A stretch of DNA of 64,000 nt, taken from assembly GCA_003251175.1 (NCBI GenBank), contig QKHC01000030.1, positions 5,228 through 69,227 on the forward strand, written 5' to 3'. The DNA comes from Gemmatimonadota bacterium (lineage in GTDB: Bacteria; Gemmatimonadota; Gemmatimonadetes; Gemmatimonadales; GWC2-71-9). Both the position numbers and the translations under genes were made by a program. This document shows, piece by piece, positions 35,099-43,840 of this stretch. Below the pieces are notes generated by a model. It was not told the DNA's origin and ran no database searches. It worked only from the letters and a program-made list of their open reading frames with translations. The first letter of the stretch is position 1. Each line of letters starts with the position of its first letter.

Positions 35099-36724
35099 CT
35101 AGTTGCGCTGTGGGGCCGCCCCGTCCGTCGCGGGCACCGCGAGGGTGAACAGCTCCTGTGGGGACCGGGCACGCCGCACGAGGCGCAACGCGGCCTGCAC
35201 CTGCCGGTCATCAGCCATGCGGCGACGGAACTCTGCATCGCGCCCGAACACGTAGCGAGCGACCTCGTAGCCGAGGTCCTGCGTGATCAGACCCCGCGCG
35301 CCGGAGACCACGTCGGGCGCCAGGTCGGCGCCACGGTCCGTGAGGCGTCGCACCACTTCATCGACCTGGGCCGCCGACACGGTGAACTGCGGATCAGTCA
35401 CTGCCCCGGTGGACTTCAGCTCCAGCGCGTACGAGGCGATGACATCGCGGTAGGCCGGAATGCTGGCGCCCAGCGCCCGCATGAAGGTCCGCTCGGCGGT
35501 GGTGAAGGTATCCGCCAGGACGAGCAGATCGGGACGAATACCACCGCCGCCGTACACCGTGCGCCCGCCGTCTGTGCGGTACACCTGATTCGAATCGACC
35601 GCGGTCGTATCGCGCCCGCGCACCGCCGCCATCACCTGCGCTTCGTGCTCCTCTTCCGTTGCATAGCGCCGCTGGATCGAGCGCCCGCTGGGGGTGTACC
35701 AGCGCCCCGTGGTCAGCTTGAGCCCGGTCTCGGGGGCGAGTCGCCAGAACGACTGCACGCTCCCCTTGCCGAACGACGCCGTCCCAATGACCAGGGCGCG
35801 GTCGTGATCCTGCAACGCGCCGGCGATGATCTCTGCCGCGCTTGCCGAGCCAGCGTTCTGCAACACCACCATCGGCAGCGCCGGCCACTGCTGCGGGGCG
35901 TCGTCCCGGTACGCCTGTGTCGCGCCGGGGGCTCGTCCCCGCGTGGACACAATCTCGGCGCCGCGATCCAGGAACAGGTCCGATACGGCAACGCCCTGGT
36001 CGAGTGTCCCGCCGGGATTGCCACGCAGATCCAGAATCAGCGAACGCATGCCCTGGTCGTGCAGCTGTTTCACCGCGGCCGCCACCTCGGCCGCCGACGA
36101 GCTCGACACCGGACTGAGCGATACGTATCCCACTCCGCCGTCCAGCATGAGCGCCACCTGCACCGAGCGGAAGTGAATCCGTGCCCGCTTGAGCGAGAAC
36201 GGCAGCGGCTGCTCCATGCCAACGCGCCGCACCATGATCTCGACGGCGGTGCCCGGCGTGCCGCGCAGCTCTGTCACAGCTTGATCGCTCTTGTATCCCT
36301 CCGTGGAGCGTCCGTCGATCGCGATGATCTGATCTCCGGTCTGGATCCCGGCCCGCTCAGCCGGAGTATCCGGAAGCGGGGCCACCACCGTGATCCAGCC
36401 GTCGCGCACGTCGATCTGGATTCCCAGGCCACCGTAATCTCCGCTGATCTGCTCAGTGAGGGATCGGAAGTCCGCCGCCTCGAAGAACCCGGAGTTGGGG
36501 TCCTGGAGCTGACTGATCAGTCCGTCGATCGCCATCTGATAGAGCTGGCGCTCATCCAGCGAATCCACGTAGTAATCCGCCACGTGCGCCAGGACTTCGT
36601 CGAACATCCTGGCCTGCTGGTACACCGAGCGCCGGGGCTGCTGCGCGTGCTGCAACAGCCAGCCGCCGGTCACCAGCGCGACAATCGCCAGACCACTCGC
36701 TGCCAGGATTCGCTGCCGGTTCAT
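35099..36724 (-). CDS. S41-family C-terminal processing peptidase (PDZ-containing)
   Basis: N-terminal TM helix. PDZ 'GIQTGDQIIAIDG'. 'GSASAAEIIAGALQD' and 'GTASFGKGSVQ' give the catalytic Ser/Lys contexts. Confidence 0.85.
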   Translation of the reverse strand: MNRQRILAASGLAIVALVTGGWLLQHAQQPRRSVYQQARMFDEVLAHVADYYVDSLDERQLYQMAIDGLISQLQDPNSGFFEAADFRSLTEQISGDYGGLGIQIDVRDGWITVVAPLPDTPAERAGIQTGDQIIAIDGRSTEGYKSDQAVTELRGTPGTAVEIMVRRVGMEQPLPFSLKRARIHFRSVQVALMLDGGVGYVSLSPVSSSSAAEVAAAVKQLHDQGMRSLILDLRGNPGGTLDQGVAVSDLFLDRGAEIVSTRGRAPGATQAYRDDAPQQWPALPMVVLQNAGSASAAEIIAGALQDHDRALVIGTASFGKGSVQSFWRLAPETGLKLTTGRWYTPSGRSIQRRYATEEEHEAQVMAAVRGRDTTAVDSNQVYRTDGGRTVYGGGGIRPDLLVLADTFTTAERTFMRALGASIPAYRDVIASYALELKSTGAVTDPQFTVSAAQVDEVVRRLTDRGADLAPDVVSGARGLITQDLGYEVARYVFGRDAEFRRRMADDRQVQAALRLVRRARSPQELFTLAVPATDGAAPQRN

Positions 36725-37353
36725 GTGACCCCTCGCAAGGAGAGAGCGGTGACCGCCGCGACTTCACGCCACGCGGTCTCCTGCACGATGTGCCGCGCCT
36801 GAGCCGCGTCCACGTGGACCACGCCCGGACCGCGGTGTTCAAGGTACGCCTGGCGCACCCGTTCGTGAAAGGCGTCGTCGGCCCGCTCAAAGCGGTCCTG
36901 CGTCTTGGCTGCCCGGCGCTGCCGTTCCCGGCCCACGGCGACCGGCACGTCCAGCACCAGCGTGAGATCCGGCGTCAGGCCCTGGGTGGCCAAGCTGAGC
37001 GCCGCCTCCACCGCGTCGCGTGGCAACCCCCGCCCCGCTACCTGATAGCACAGGGTGGACAGGCCGAAGCGGTCCGCGACAACGATTTGCCCCGCCTCCA
37101 GCGCCGGCCGGATGACCCGGGCGACCAGATCTGCGCGCGCTGCCAGAATCAGGAACAGCTCGGCAGCCGGCGGCAGCTCGTGCCGCGACTTCAGCGCGAT
37201 CCGGCGCGCCGCCTCCGCGACCGGGGTACCACCGGGCTCGCGCACGCTCACCACGGCACGACCATCGGCGAGCAGCTGCGCCGCGAGCCACCGAGCCAGC
37301 GAGGTCTTGCCGGCTCCTTCGGGACCTTCAACGAGAATGAAGACGCCCGCCAT
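36721..37353 (-). CDS. tmk: dTMP kinase
   Basis: 'FILVEGPEGAGKTS' P-loop and 'VVADRF..S..YQ'. The stop overlaps the ctp start (ATGA). Confidence 0.9.
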   Translation of the reverse strand: MAGVFILVEGPEGAGKTSLARWLAAQLLADGRAVVSVREPGGTPVAEAARRIALKSRHELPPAAELFLILAARADLVARVIRPALEAGQIVVADRFGLSTLCYQVAGRGLPRDAVEAALSLATQGLTPDLTLVLDVPVAVGRERQRRAAKTQDRFERADDAFHERVRQAYLEHRGPGVVHVDAAQARHIVQETAWREVAAVTALSLRGVT

Positions 37354-37357
37354 CGCC

Positions 37358-37711
37358 TCAGCTCAGCGTGATGATCGGGCTGGCAGCACCCTTCTGCATG
37401 CCCTCGTAGATCTTGGCGTTGACTCGCGCCATCAGCTTCTCGAAGTTGGCCTGCGCCGCCACCATCGATTGATACACCGGACTGGCCTGGATGGTAGCGG
37501 CCGCGCGCTCATAGCGCTCGACGTCGGCGGCGGGGGGCTCGGAGCCGGCGCGCGCCGCCTGCTCGAGCTCGGCGGCGAGCCGCTCCAGCTCCTGCAGCTG
37601 CTGCTGCGCCTCCGCGTCCGCGCGCAGCCGCTCGCTGGCGCGCTTGAGCGCCTTGTACTCCTCGGTCTGCCCCAGCTGCCGTCCCAGCTCGATCGCTTTG
37701 TCCTCAATCAC
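37358..37711 (-). CDS. YlbF/YmcA-family (UPF0342) helical protein
   Basis: 117 aa, all-helical. 'IELGRQLGQTEEYKALKRA...NAKIYEGM' pattern. The GTG overlaps the prmC stop. Confidence 0.5.
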   Translation of the reverse strand: MIEDKAIELGRQLGQTEEYKALKRASERLRADAEAQQQLQELERLAAELEQAARAGSEPPAADVERYERAAATIQASPVYQSMVAAQANFEKLMARVNAKIYEGMQKGAASPIITLS

Positions 37712-38592
37712 CGTGTCTCCTCCGCGACGGCCACGAGATAGCGCGGCCGGCCGAACAGGTCCTCATGCACGCGCACCCGCGCCCATCCCAAACCGAGCGC
37801 GAGATCCCGCACGAGCGCGGCGCGCCGTTCGTCAACTTCGAGTGCCAGGACCCCGCCGGGCTCGAGCACGCCCCGCGCCCCCGCCAGGATCGTGCGAGTC
37901 GCCGCCAGTCCGTCCGCGCCACTGGTCAAGGCATGCCGTGGCTCGTAGTCGCGCACCGCAGGATCGAGCACGGCCCATTCAGCATCCATCAGGTACGGCG
38001 GGTTGCTCACGATCACGCGGTAACGGGCATCACCCAGCGGGGCCAGCCAGTCGCCCTCGCGCACCTCCACCGGCGTCCGGGGTCGCGCGCGCGCCACATT
38101 CTCCCGGGCCAGCGCTGCGGCGCGGGGGTCGCGCTCCACCGCGATCACGCGCTCGAACGATCCTTCCACCGCCAGCGCCAGCGCGAGGCAGCCGGTGCCC
38201 GTCCCGAGATCCGCGGCCAGACCGCCCGCCTCCACCGATCGCCGCCCGTCACGCAGCACCAGGTCGACCAGCCCCTCGGTCTCAGGCCGGGGGATCAGGG
38301 CCCGCGCATCGCAAGCCAGCTCGAGTGTCCGGAAGCCGATCCGGCCGGTGGCGTAGGCCAGCGGCCAGCCGCGCGCGTGCGCCTCGGCCGCAGCGGCCAG
38401 GCGCTGGGTCAGCCCGCGCGCCATCGGGTGATCGCGCGTGAGCCACAGCTCGCCGGGGAGGCATCCCGTGATCGCCGCCGCGATGCGTCCCGCCGCGTGG
38501 CGGGGATCCGCGTGGCCCGCGTCACGCAGCCGCCGCTCCGCTGCTGCCAGCGCGGCGCCCACCGTCCCCTCGACTACTTCATGCACTGGCAC
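37708..38592 (-). CDS. prmC: Release-factor glutamine N5-methyltransferase PrmC/HemK
   Basis: 'DLGTGTGCLALALA' SAM motif and 'VSNPPY'. It lies directly downstream of prfA. The GTG start is at 38592 or 38586. Confidence 0.85.
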   Translation of the reverse strand: MPVHEVVEGTVGAALAAAERRLRDAGHADPRHAAGRIAAAITGCLPGELWLTRDHPMARGLTQRLAAAAEAHARGWPLAYATGRIGFRTLELACDARALIPRPETEGLVDLVLRDGRRSVEAGGLAADLGTGTGCLALALAVEGSFERVIAVERDPRAAALARENVARARPRTPVEVREGDWLAPLGDARYRVIVSNPPYLMDAEWAVLDPAVRDYEPRHALTSGADGLAATRTILAGARGVLEPGGVLALEVDERRAALVRDLALGLGWARVRVHEDLFGRPRYLVAVAEETR

Positions 38593-39640
38593 GCGCTTCC
38601 TCTCGTCCGGCGGCGCGCAGGGCGCCGAGCAGGTCGTCGAGGTACCCATCGAGCACGTCGGACAGGTTGTGCACGGTGAAGTGGATGCGATGATCGGTCA
38701 CCCGGTTCTGCGGAAAATTGTACGTGCGGATCTTCGCCGAACGGTCCCCGGTCCCGACCATGGCACGGCGTTCGCGGGCCCGCGCCGCCTCCTGTTCGGC
38801 GAGCCGCCGATCGAGCAGTCGCGCTCGCAGGATCTCCAGTGCCTTGGTCTTGTTCTGCAGCTGCGATTTCTGATCCTGGCACTGCACCACCAGGCCCGTG
38901 GGCACGTGGGTGATCCGTACCGCGCTGTCGGTCGTGTTGACACTCTGGCCGCCCGGACCCGAGGAGCGGAACACGTCGATGCGCAGATCCTTCTCCTCGA
39001 TCGAGACGTCGACTTCTTCGGCCTCGGGGAGCACCGCCACTGTCGCCGCCGACGTATGGATCCGGCCCTGCGCCTCCGTGACCGGTACGCGCTGTACCCG
39101 GTGCACACCCGATTCATAGCGCAGCGTCCCGAACGCCTTGGCACCCCGCGCCGCGAACGCGACCTCCTTGATCCCGCCTAGGGTCCCGGGCGAGAGGGCG
39201 AGCACCTCCACCCGCCAGCCCTGGCGGTCGCAATAGCGCGTGTACATGCGGTAGAGGTCGGCGGCGAACAGGGCCGCCTCGTCACCGCCGGTGCCCGCCC
39301 GGATTTCCACAATGGCGTCGCGCTCGTCCAGCGGGTCGGTGGGCGTCAGCAGATCCTCAAGCTCGCCGGTGAGGCGCTCGATCAGCGGGCTGAGACGCGC
39401 GATGTCGGCGCGGGCCAGCTCGGCGAGCCCGGGGTCCTCATCCCGGGCCAGCTCGCGAGCCTGCGCCAGTTCGTCGCGCAGGCGGTCCAGCCGATCGTGG
39501 GTCTGGCGGACGTGGGTGAGGCGGACGTGCTCGCGCCCGAGCGCCTTGAGCTTGGCCGGATGCCGCGCGGTTTCGGGGTCGGCCAACTCGTGGGCGACCT
39601 CCTCCGCCCGCGCGAGCGCCTGGCGGAGTCGGGCGTCCAT
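38579..39640 (-). CDS. prfA: Peptide chain release factor 1
   Basis: 'SGPGGQSVNTTDSAVRITH' (GGQ) and 'RVPVTEAQGRIHTS' (the PxT tripeptide of RF1). Confidence 0.95.
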   Translation of the reverse strand: MDARLRQALARAEEVAHELADPETARHPAKLKALGREHVRLTHVRQTHDRLDRLRDELAQARELARDEDPGLAELARADIARLSPLIERLTGELEDLLTPTDPLDERDAIVEIRAGTGGDEAALFAADLYRMYTRYCDRQGWRVEVLALSPGTLGGIKEVAFAARGAKAFGTLRYESGVHRVQRVPVTEAQGRIHTSAATVAVLPEAEEVDVSIEEKDLRIDVFRSSGPGGQSVNTTDSAVRITHVPTGLVVQCQDQKSQLQNKTKALEILRARLLDRRLAEQEAARARERRAMVGTGDRSAKIRTYNFPQNRVTDHRIHFTVHNLSDVLDGYLDDLLGALRAAGREEARASA

Positions 39641-39643
39641 TGA

Positions 39644-39856
39644 TCAGTCGGCGACCTTCTCCCGACCGTACTTCTGGCGGAACCGCTCCACCCGACCGGC
39701 CGTGTCGATGAGCTTCTGCTTGCCGGTATAGAACGGGTGGCAGCGGGCACAGATTTCCAGGTGGATCTCGGGAATCGTGGACCGCGTAACGAAGCGGTTC
39801 CCGCACGCGCACACCACGGTGGTTCGCTGATATCGAGGGTGAATCCCGGGTTTCAC
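39644..39856 (-). CDS. rpmE: 50S ribosomal protein L31 (Zn-binding type A)
   Basis: '[19 protein letters not shown]...[13 protein letters not shown]'. The GTG start has a GAGGA SD 8 nt upstream. The upstream in-frame extension in the track ORF is judged to be non-coding leader. Confidence 0.9.
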   Translation of the reverse strand: MKPGIHPRYQRTTVVCACGNRFVTRSTIPEIHLEICARCHPFYTGKQKLIDTAGRVERFRQKYGREKVAD

Positions 39857-39902
39857 TGCCACATCCTCAGTCTTGAGGTCAGTCCGACAGGTGTAAGCGG
39901 GG

Positions 39903-39933
39903 CAATATAGACACTTGGGGAACCCCGCGGCAA
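39903..39933 (-). promoter_or_regulatory. Candidate rpmE promoter (TTGCCG-N18-TATATTG)
   Basis: Read on the minus strand: ccTTGCCG cggggttccccaagtgtc TATATTG. It lies ~45 nt upstream of the rpmE GTG. Confidence 0.35.
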
Positions 39934-39953
39934 GGGTCGTCACGCCCTAAAGA

Positions 39954-39984
39954 TTGACAGGAAACGAGGTTAGGCGTATGCTTG
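39954..39984 (+). promoter_or_regulatory. Candidate crp/fnr-family gene promoter (TTGACA-N17-TATGCT(TG))
   Basis: Consensus -35 hexamer, a 17-nt spacer, and a -10-like TATGCT that also reads as TAnnnTTG. It ends 32 nt before the GTG at 40016. Confidence 0.45.
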
Positions 39985-40015
39985 CCCACCGGTAGGGGCC
40001 TCGGAGGGTCCACTC

Positions 40016-40687
40016 GTGTCGGCTACGGCCGTCCTGCACAAGATACCGCTCTTCAGCAAGCTGGCCCCGGCCGACCTCGATCGGGTCGTCGAGGTGGCGC
40101 GGGAGAAGAGCTATCCCCGCAATTCGGTCATCCTGTTCGAGGATGATCCCGGCGATGCCCTCTATGTCGTGGCGCGGGGGCAGGTCAAGGTCGTGCTCAT
40201 CGGCGACGACGGGCGGGAGGTGATCCTCTCCGTCCTCGGTGAAGGCGAGTTCTTCGGGGAGATGTCGCTGCTGGACGACGAGCCCCGGTCCGCCCACGTC
40301 ATCGCGATGGAGGACTCCGACCTGCTGGTGCTGCGGCGCGAGGATTTCGAGGGGCTGCTGACGAGCCACCCCCAGATCGCCCTGGCGCTGCTGCGGGAAA
40401 TGACCCGCCGGCTGCGCCGGGCCGACGAGAAGGTCGGGGCCCTGGTCCTGCTCGACGTGACCGGCCGGGTGGCGCGCCTGCTGCTGGAGCTGGCCGACGA
40501 CTCCGGGGGGGACCACATCACCCGCCGCCTCACCCACCACACCATCGCCCAGATGGTGGGGTCGTCACGGGAGACCGTGAGCCGCACCATGCGCGACCTG
40601 GTGTCCCGCGGCCACATCGCCGTGAACCGGCGGGAGATTCAGATCCGCGATCGGGCGGCGCTGCAGGCCGCCTCGGGTCAGACGTGA
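40016..40687 (+). CDS. Crp/Fnr-family cyclic-nucleotide-binding transcriptional regulator
   Basis: cNMP-binding 'GEFFGEMSLLDDEPRSAHVIA' and HTH 'HTIAQMVGSSRETVSRTMRDL'. Confidence 0.85.
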   Translation: MSATAVLHKIPLFSKLAPADLDRVVEVAREKSYPRNSVILFEDDPGDALYVVARGQVKVVLIGDDGREVILSVLGEGEFFGEMSLLDDEPRSAHVIAMEDSDLLVLRREDFEGLLTSHPQIALALLREMTRRLRRADEKVGALVLLDVTGRVARLLLELADDSGGDHITRRLTHHTIAQMVGSSRETVSRTMRDLVSRGHIAVNRREIQIRDRAALQAASGQT

Positions 40688-40761
40688 GTCGGCTCACATC
40701 CCGCCCGTGAGGCCGATACTTGTTGTACGTGTCGGCAAATCAGTAACTTAGCGAGAGTTCA

Positions 40762-41637
40762 GTGCCGACGCCCATGGCCTACACCGCGACCTTCTGGGGG
40801 ACCAGGGGATCGATCCCGACCCCGGGGGCACACACTGTGCGCTACGGGGGAAACACGCCGTGCGTGGCGGTCGAGGGTGGCGGTCAGCTGGTGATCCTGG
40901 ACGCCGGCACGGGGATCCGGGGCCTGGGGGCCCAGCTGGTGGAGCGTCAGAACGGCGCAGTCCGCGCCGAGATCCTGCTGTCGCACACGCACTGGGATCA
41001 CATCCAGGGCCTGCCGCATTTCAAGCCGTTCTTTGCGGCGGGCAATGAGGTGCGCATCCGTGCTTCACAGCAGGGCGCCGCCACTCTGGAGACGATTCTG
41101 CGGTTGCAGATGCATCCGGCGGTGTTTCCGGTGCCGCTGGACGCGTTGGCGGCCCAGCTCACGGTAGAGCAGGTCACGACTGGGGACTTCGAGGTCGGCC
41201 CGTTCGTGGTGCAGGCGATGCGGCTGCGGCACCCCGGCACGACGCTGGGATTCCGGCTCACGCCCCGGAGCGGTGGCGCGAGTCTCGCGTACGTGACCGA
41301 CAACGAGCTCGGCCCAGGTGGAGATTACGACCTGCCGTCCACGTGGCGGCGCGACCTCGTGACGTTCCTGGGCGGGGTGGACGTGCTGATTCACGACGCG
41401 ATGTACACCCCTGCGCAGCTGGAGCTGCATCGGGGGTGGGGCCACTCGACGTACGAAGAGGCGCTGTCGCTCGCCGCCGACGCCGGCGCCAAGAAGCTCG
41501 TGCTCTTTCATCACGAGCCCGAGCACGGGGATGAGGCGATGGACCGGGTGATGGCGGCGGCGCGCCGCTTCGCCGACCGACTCGGCACGGCGACCGAAGT
41601 GGCGGCAGCTCAGGAAGGGTTGCACCTGAATCTCTGA
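40762..41637 (+). CDS. MBL-fold metallo-hydrolase
   Basis: 'FWGTRGSIPTPG', 'LDAGTG', 'LLSHTHWDHIQGLP', 'LFHHEPEH'. An alternative ATG lies at 40774. Confidence 0.75.
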   Translation: MPTPMAYTATFWGTRGSIPTPGAHTVRYGGNTPCVAVEGGGQLVILDAGTGIRGLGAQLVERQNGAVRAEILLSHTHWDHIQGLPHFKPFFAAGNEVRIRASQQGAATLETILRLQMHPAVFPVPLDALAAQLTVEQVTTGDFEVGPFVVQAMRLRHPGTTLGFRLTPRSGGASLAYVTDNELGPGGDYDLPSTWRRDLVTFLGGVDVLIHDAMYTPAQLELHRGWGHSTYEEALSLAADAGAKKLVLFHHEPEHGDEAMDRVMAAARRFADRLGTATEVAAAQEGLHLNL

Positions 41638-41650
41638 CGGAGGAGTGGAC

Positions 41651-42349
41651 ATGTATTCGCGCAACTGGTTGCCCGTGCTGGCCTTCGCGCTTGCGGCGCT
41701 GCCCGTGGCCGCCGCCGCGCAGCAGGATACCCGGCCTGGCATCGCCGTGCTGCCGTTCGAGAACGGCGGCTCGTACGGGCAGGACAAGGAAAACTTCGAT
41801 GCGCTGGAACGCGGCATCGCGGGAATGATCATCTCCGAGCTCGCCGCCAATCCCGCCGCGCGGGTCGTCGAGCGCGAGGAGATTCAGCGGATCCTGGAGG
41901 AGCAGAACCTCGGTACCTCGGGCCGCGCGGACCCACAGACCGCTGCCCGCGTGGGTAAGATCGTCGGAGCGCGCTACATGGTCATGGGGACGTTCATCGA
42001 TTTCTACGGGGACTTCCAGGTCAACGTGCGCCTGGTGAGCGTCGAGACGAGCGAGGTGGTCAAGGCCGAATCCGAGCGGGCGCAGCGCGAGCACCTGTTC
42101 GACATCATCAAGAACGTGTCGGCCAAGCTGATGCGGGACGCGAACTTGCCGCCGCTGGCACGCGAGGCGGCCGAGCAGCGTCAGAGTCGCCAGGTGCCGA
42201 CCGAGGCGCTCACCTACTACTCGCGCGCGCTGTTGTATCAGGATCGGGGACAGACGGACCGTGCGGTGGAGATGTACAACCGCGCCCTGGCGGTCTTCCC
42301 CGACTACACGGAAGCGAAGGAGGGATTGCAGCGCGTGCAGCGCTCGTGA
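41651..42349 (+). CDS. Secreted protein with a CsgG/LpoB/TolB-N-like domain and C-terminal TPR
   Basis: Signal peptide ...PVAAAAQ. 'GIAVLPFENGG...VVEREEIQRILEEQNLG...VGARYMVMGTF' pattern. TPR-like 'ALTYYSRALLYQDRGQTDRAVEMYNRALAVFPDYTEA'. GGAGG SD. Confidence 0.5.
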   Translation: MYSRNWLPVLAFALAALPVAAAAQQDTRPGIAVLPFENGGSYGQDKENFDALERGIAGMIISELAANPAARVVEREEIQRILEEQNLGTSGRADPQTAARVGKIVGARYMVMGTFIDFYGDFQVNVRLVSVETSEVVKAESERAQREHLFDIIKNVSAKLMRDANLPPLAREAAEQRQSRQVPTEALTYYSRALLYQDRGQTDRAVEMYNRALAVFPDYTEAKEGLQRVQRS

Positions 42350-42356
42350 CGGCGGC

Positions 42357-43136
42357 GTGTCTGATCCGCTGAGCAGGCTCGGCAACGCCGCGGCGCGTCG
42401 GCTCTCCGACATCGGAGCGCTGGCGCGCTTCGGCTTTGGCGCCGGCCGCGCGGCCGCGACCCTCACCGCGGCGGGACGGGTCGTGGCCTGGCGCGTGGCC
42501 CTCCAGCAGATCCGCTTCACCGCCGTCCACGCCGTGGGCCTCGTCGTGCTGCTGTCCGGGATCCTGTCGTTCCTGGTCATTTCCCAGGCCATCCGCGAGC
42601 TCGGACGGTTCGGCGTCACGGAGCTGATCGGCACGCTGATGGTGATCGCGATCGTGCGCGAACTGGGCCCCCTGCTGACGGCGCTGATCGTCGCGGGGCG
42701 GTCGGGTACCGCCATCGCTGCCGAGCTGGCCACGAATTCGGTGCTGGGAGAGGTGCGCGCACTGGAAGCGATCGGAATCGATCCGCGGCAGTATGTCGTC
42801 GTCCCCCGCCTCGCGGCGGCAGTGATCAGTGTGTTCGTGCTGCTGGTGTTCTGCGACACGGTCGCGATCGCCACCGGCTATGTCGCAGCGGCACTCAATG
42901 GGATGAGCGGTGCGCGGTATTTCGAGATCGTCCTCCAATCGCTCGGCGCCGGTGACGTCTGGCTCACCGCCGGTAAGGCGGTCGCGTTCGGGACCATTCT
43001 GGGGGTCGTGCCCAGCTACTACGGCCTCGCCGTGCGCCGCGCGCCGACCGAGATCCCCATCGCGGCCAGCCGCGCGACCGTCGCGAGCATCGTCGGCGTG
43101 TTCGTCTGCTCCGCCCTGTTCGTCGTGCTTCGCTGA
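42357..43136 (+). CDS. mlaE: MlaE-family ABC transporter permease
   Basis: 'VRELGPLLTALIVAGRSGTAIAAELATNSVLGEVRALEAIGIDP' is the MlaE/YrbE signature region. GTG start. Confidence 0.8.
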   Translation: MSDPLSRLGNAAARRLSDIGALARFGFGAGRAAATLTAAGRVVAWRVALQQIRFTAVHAVGLVVLLSGILSFLVISQAIRELGRFGVTELIGTLMVIAIVRELGPLLTALIVAGRSGTAIAAELATNSVLGEVRALEAIGIDPRQYVVVPRLAAAVISVFVLLVFCDTVAIATGYVAAALNGMSGARYFEIVLQSLGAGDVWLTAGKAVAFGTILGVVPSYYGLAVRRAPTEIPIAASRATVASIVGVFVCSALFVVLR

Positions 43137-43137
43137 C

Positions 43138-43833
43138 GTGGACGCCCGCCCGACCGCCGCCCACTCGACCCCGCTCGCCCTCGTCGAGGTGCCACTCGGG
43201 GGTTCCCCGGTGTCGCTCGACGTCCCGATCCACTCCACGGTCGCCCTGCTGGGCGACGAGGGTACCGGGATCGGCGCGCTGGGCGGCTGGGCGCTGGGCC
43301 TGGAAGCGCCTCCGTCGGGGCAGGTGCTGGTCTACGGGACCAACGTGTCGACGCTGCCACACCACGAACGATTGGCGTTCCGTCGGCGCGTGGGATACCT
43401 TCCGGCCGGCGAAGGGCTGCTGCACAATCTCTCATTGCGGGACAACGTGGCGCTCCCGCTCCGGTTCGGAAGCTCGGCTGCGCCACGAGCCATCGACGGT
43501 CGCGTCGCCGTGATGCTGGCCGCAGTGCGGATCGCCGACGTGGCCGACCGCCGTCCGGCACAGGTGAACGAGGAGGAGCGGCGCCGAGCAGCGCTGGCGC
43601 GGGCCATCGCCTTCGACCCCCCGCTGCTGCTGCTGGAGCAGCCGTTCGACGGGCTGACCCACCGCACCGCCACCGAGCTGCTCGAGTTCGTTCGTGGTGG
43701 CGAGACGGCGCAGGGAGGTCGCCGCACCGTGCTCATCACGGCCCAGGATCTGCCCGCTGTGGTGCATCGCCGGATTGAGCAAGTGTATCGCGTGACTCGC
43801 TCGGGCCAGCTCGAGCCCGAGCCCGCGCACTGA
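43138..43833 (+). CDS. MlaF-like ABC nucleotide-binding-domain homologue with all catalytic motifs degenerate (pseudo-ATPase)
   Basis: NBD-like spacing, but Walker A = 'GDEGTGIG', signature = 'VNEEE', Walker B = 'LLLLEQP', and H-loop = 'ITAQD'. The GTG is 1 nt after the mlaE stop. Confidence 0.65.
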   Translation: MDARPTAAHSTPLALVEVPLGGSPVSLDVPIHSTVALLGDEGTGIGALGGWALGLEAPPSGQVLVYGTNVSTLPHHERLAFRRRVGYLPAGEGLLHNLSLRDNVALPLRFGSSAAPRAIDGRVAVMLAAVRIADVADRRPAQVNEEERRRAALARAIAFDPPLLLLEQPFDGLTHRTATELLEFVRGGETAQGGRRTVLITAQDLPAVVHRRIEQVYRVTRSGQLEPEPAH

Positions 43834-43840
43834 GGGAGCC

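Noticed and set aside
34616-36802. 728-aa plus-strand ORF opposite the DUF2520, ctp and tmk genes. The 538-aa minus-strand ORF at 41258-42874 is a similar case.
   Set aside because: Both are antisense to genes with strong motif support, and their composition is typical of GC-rich artefacts.
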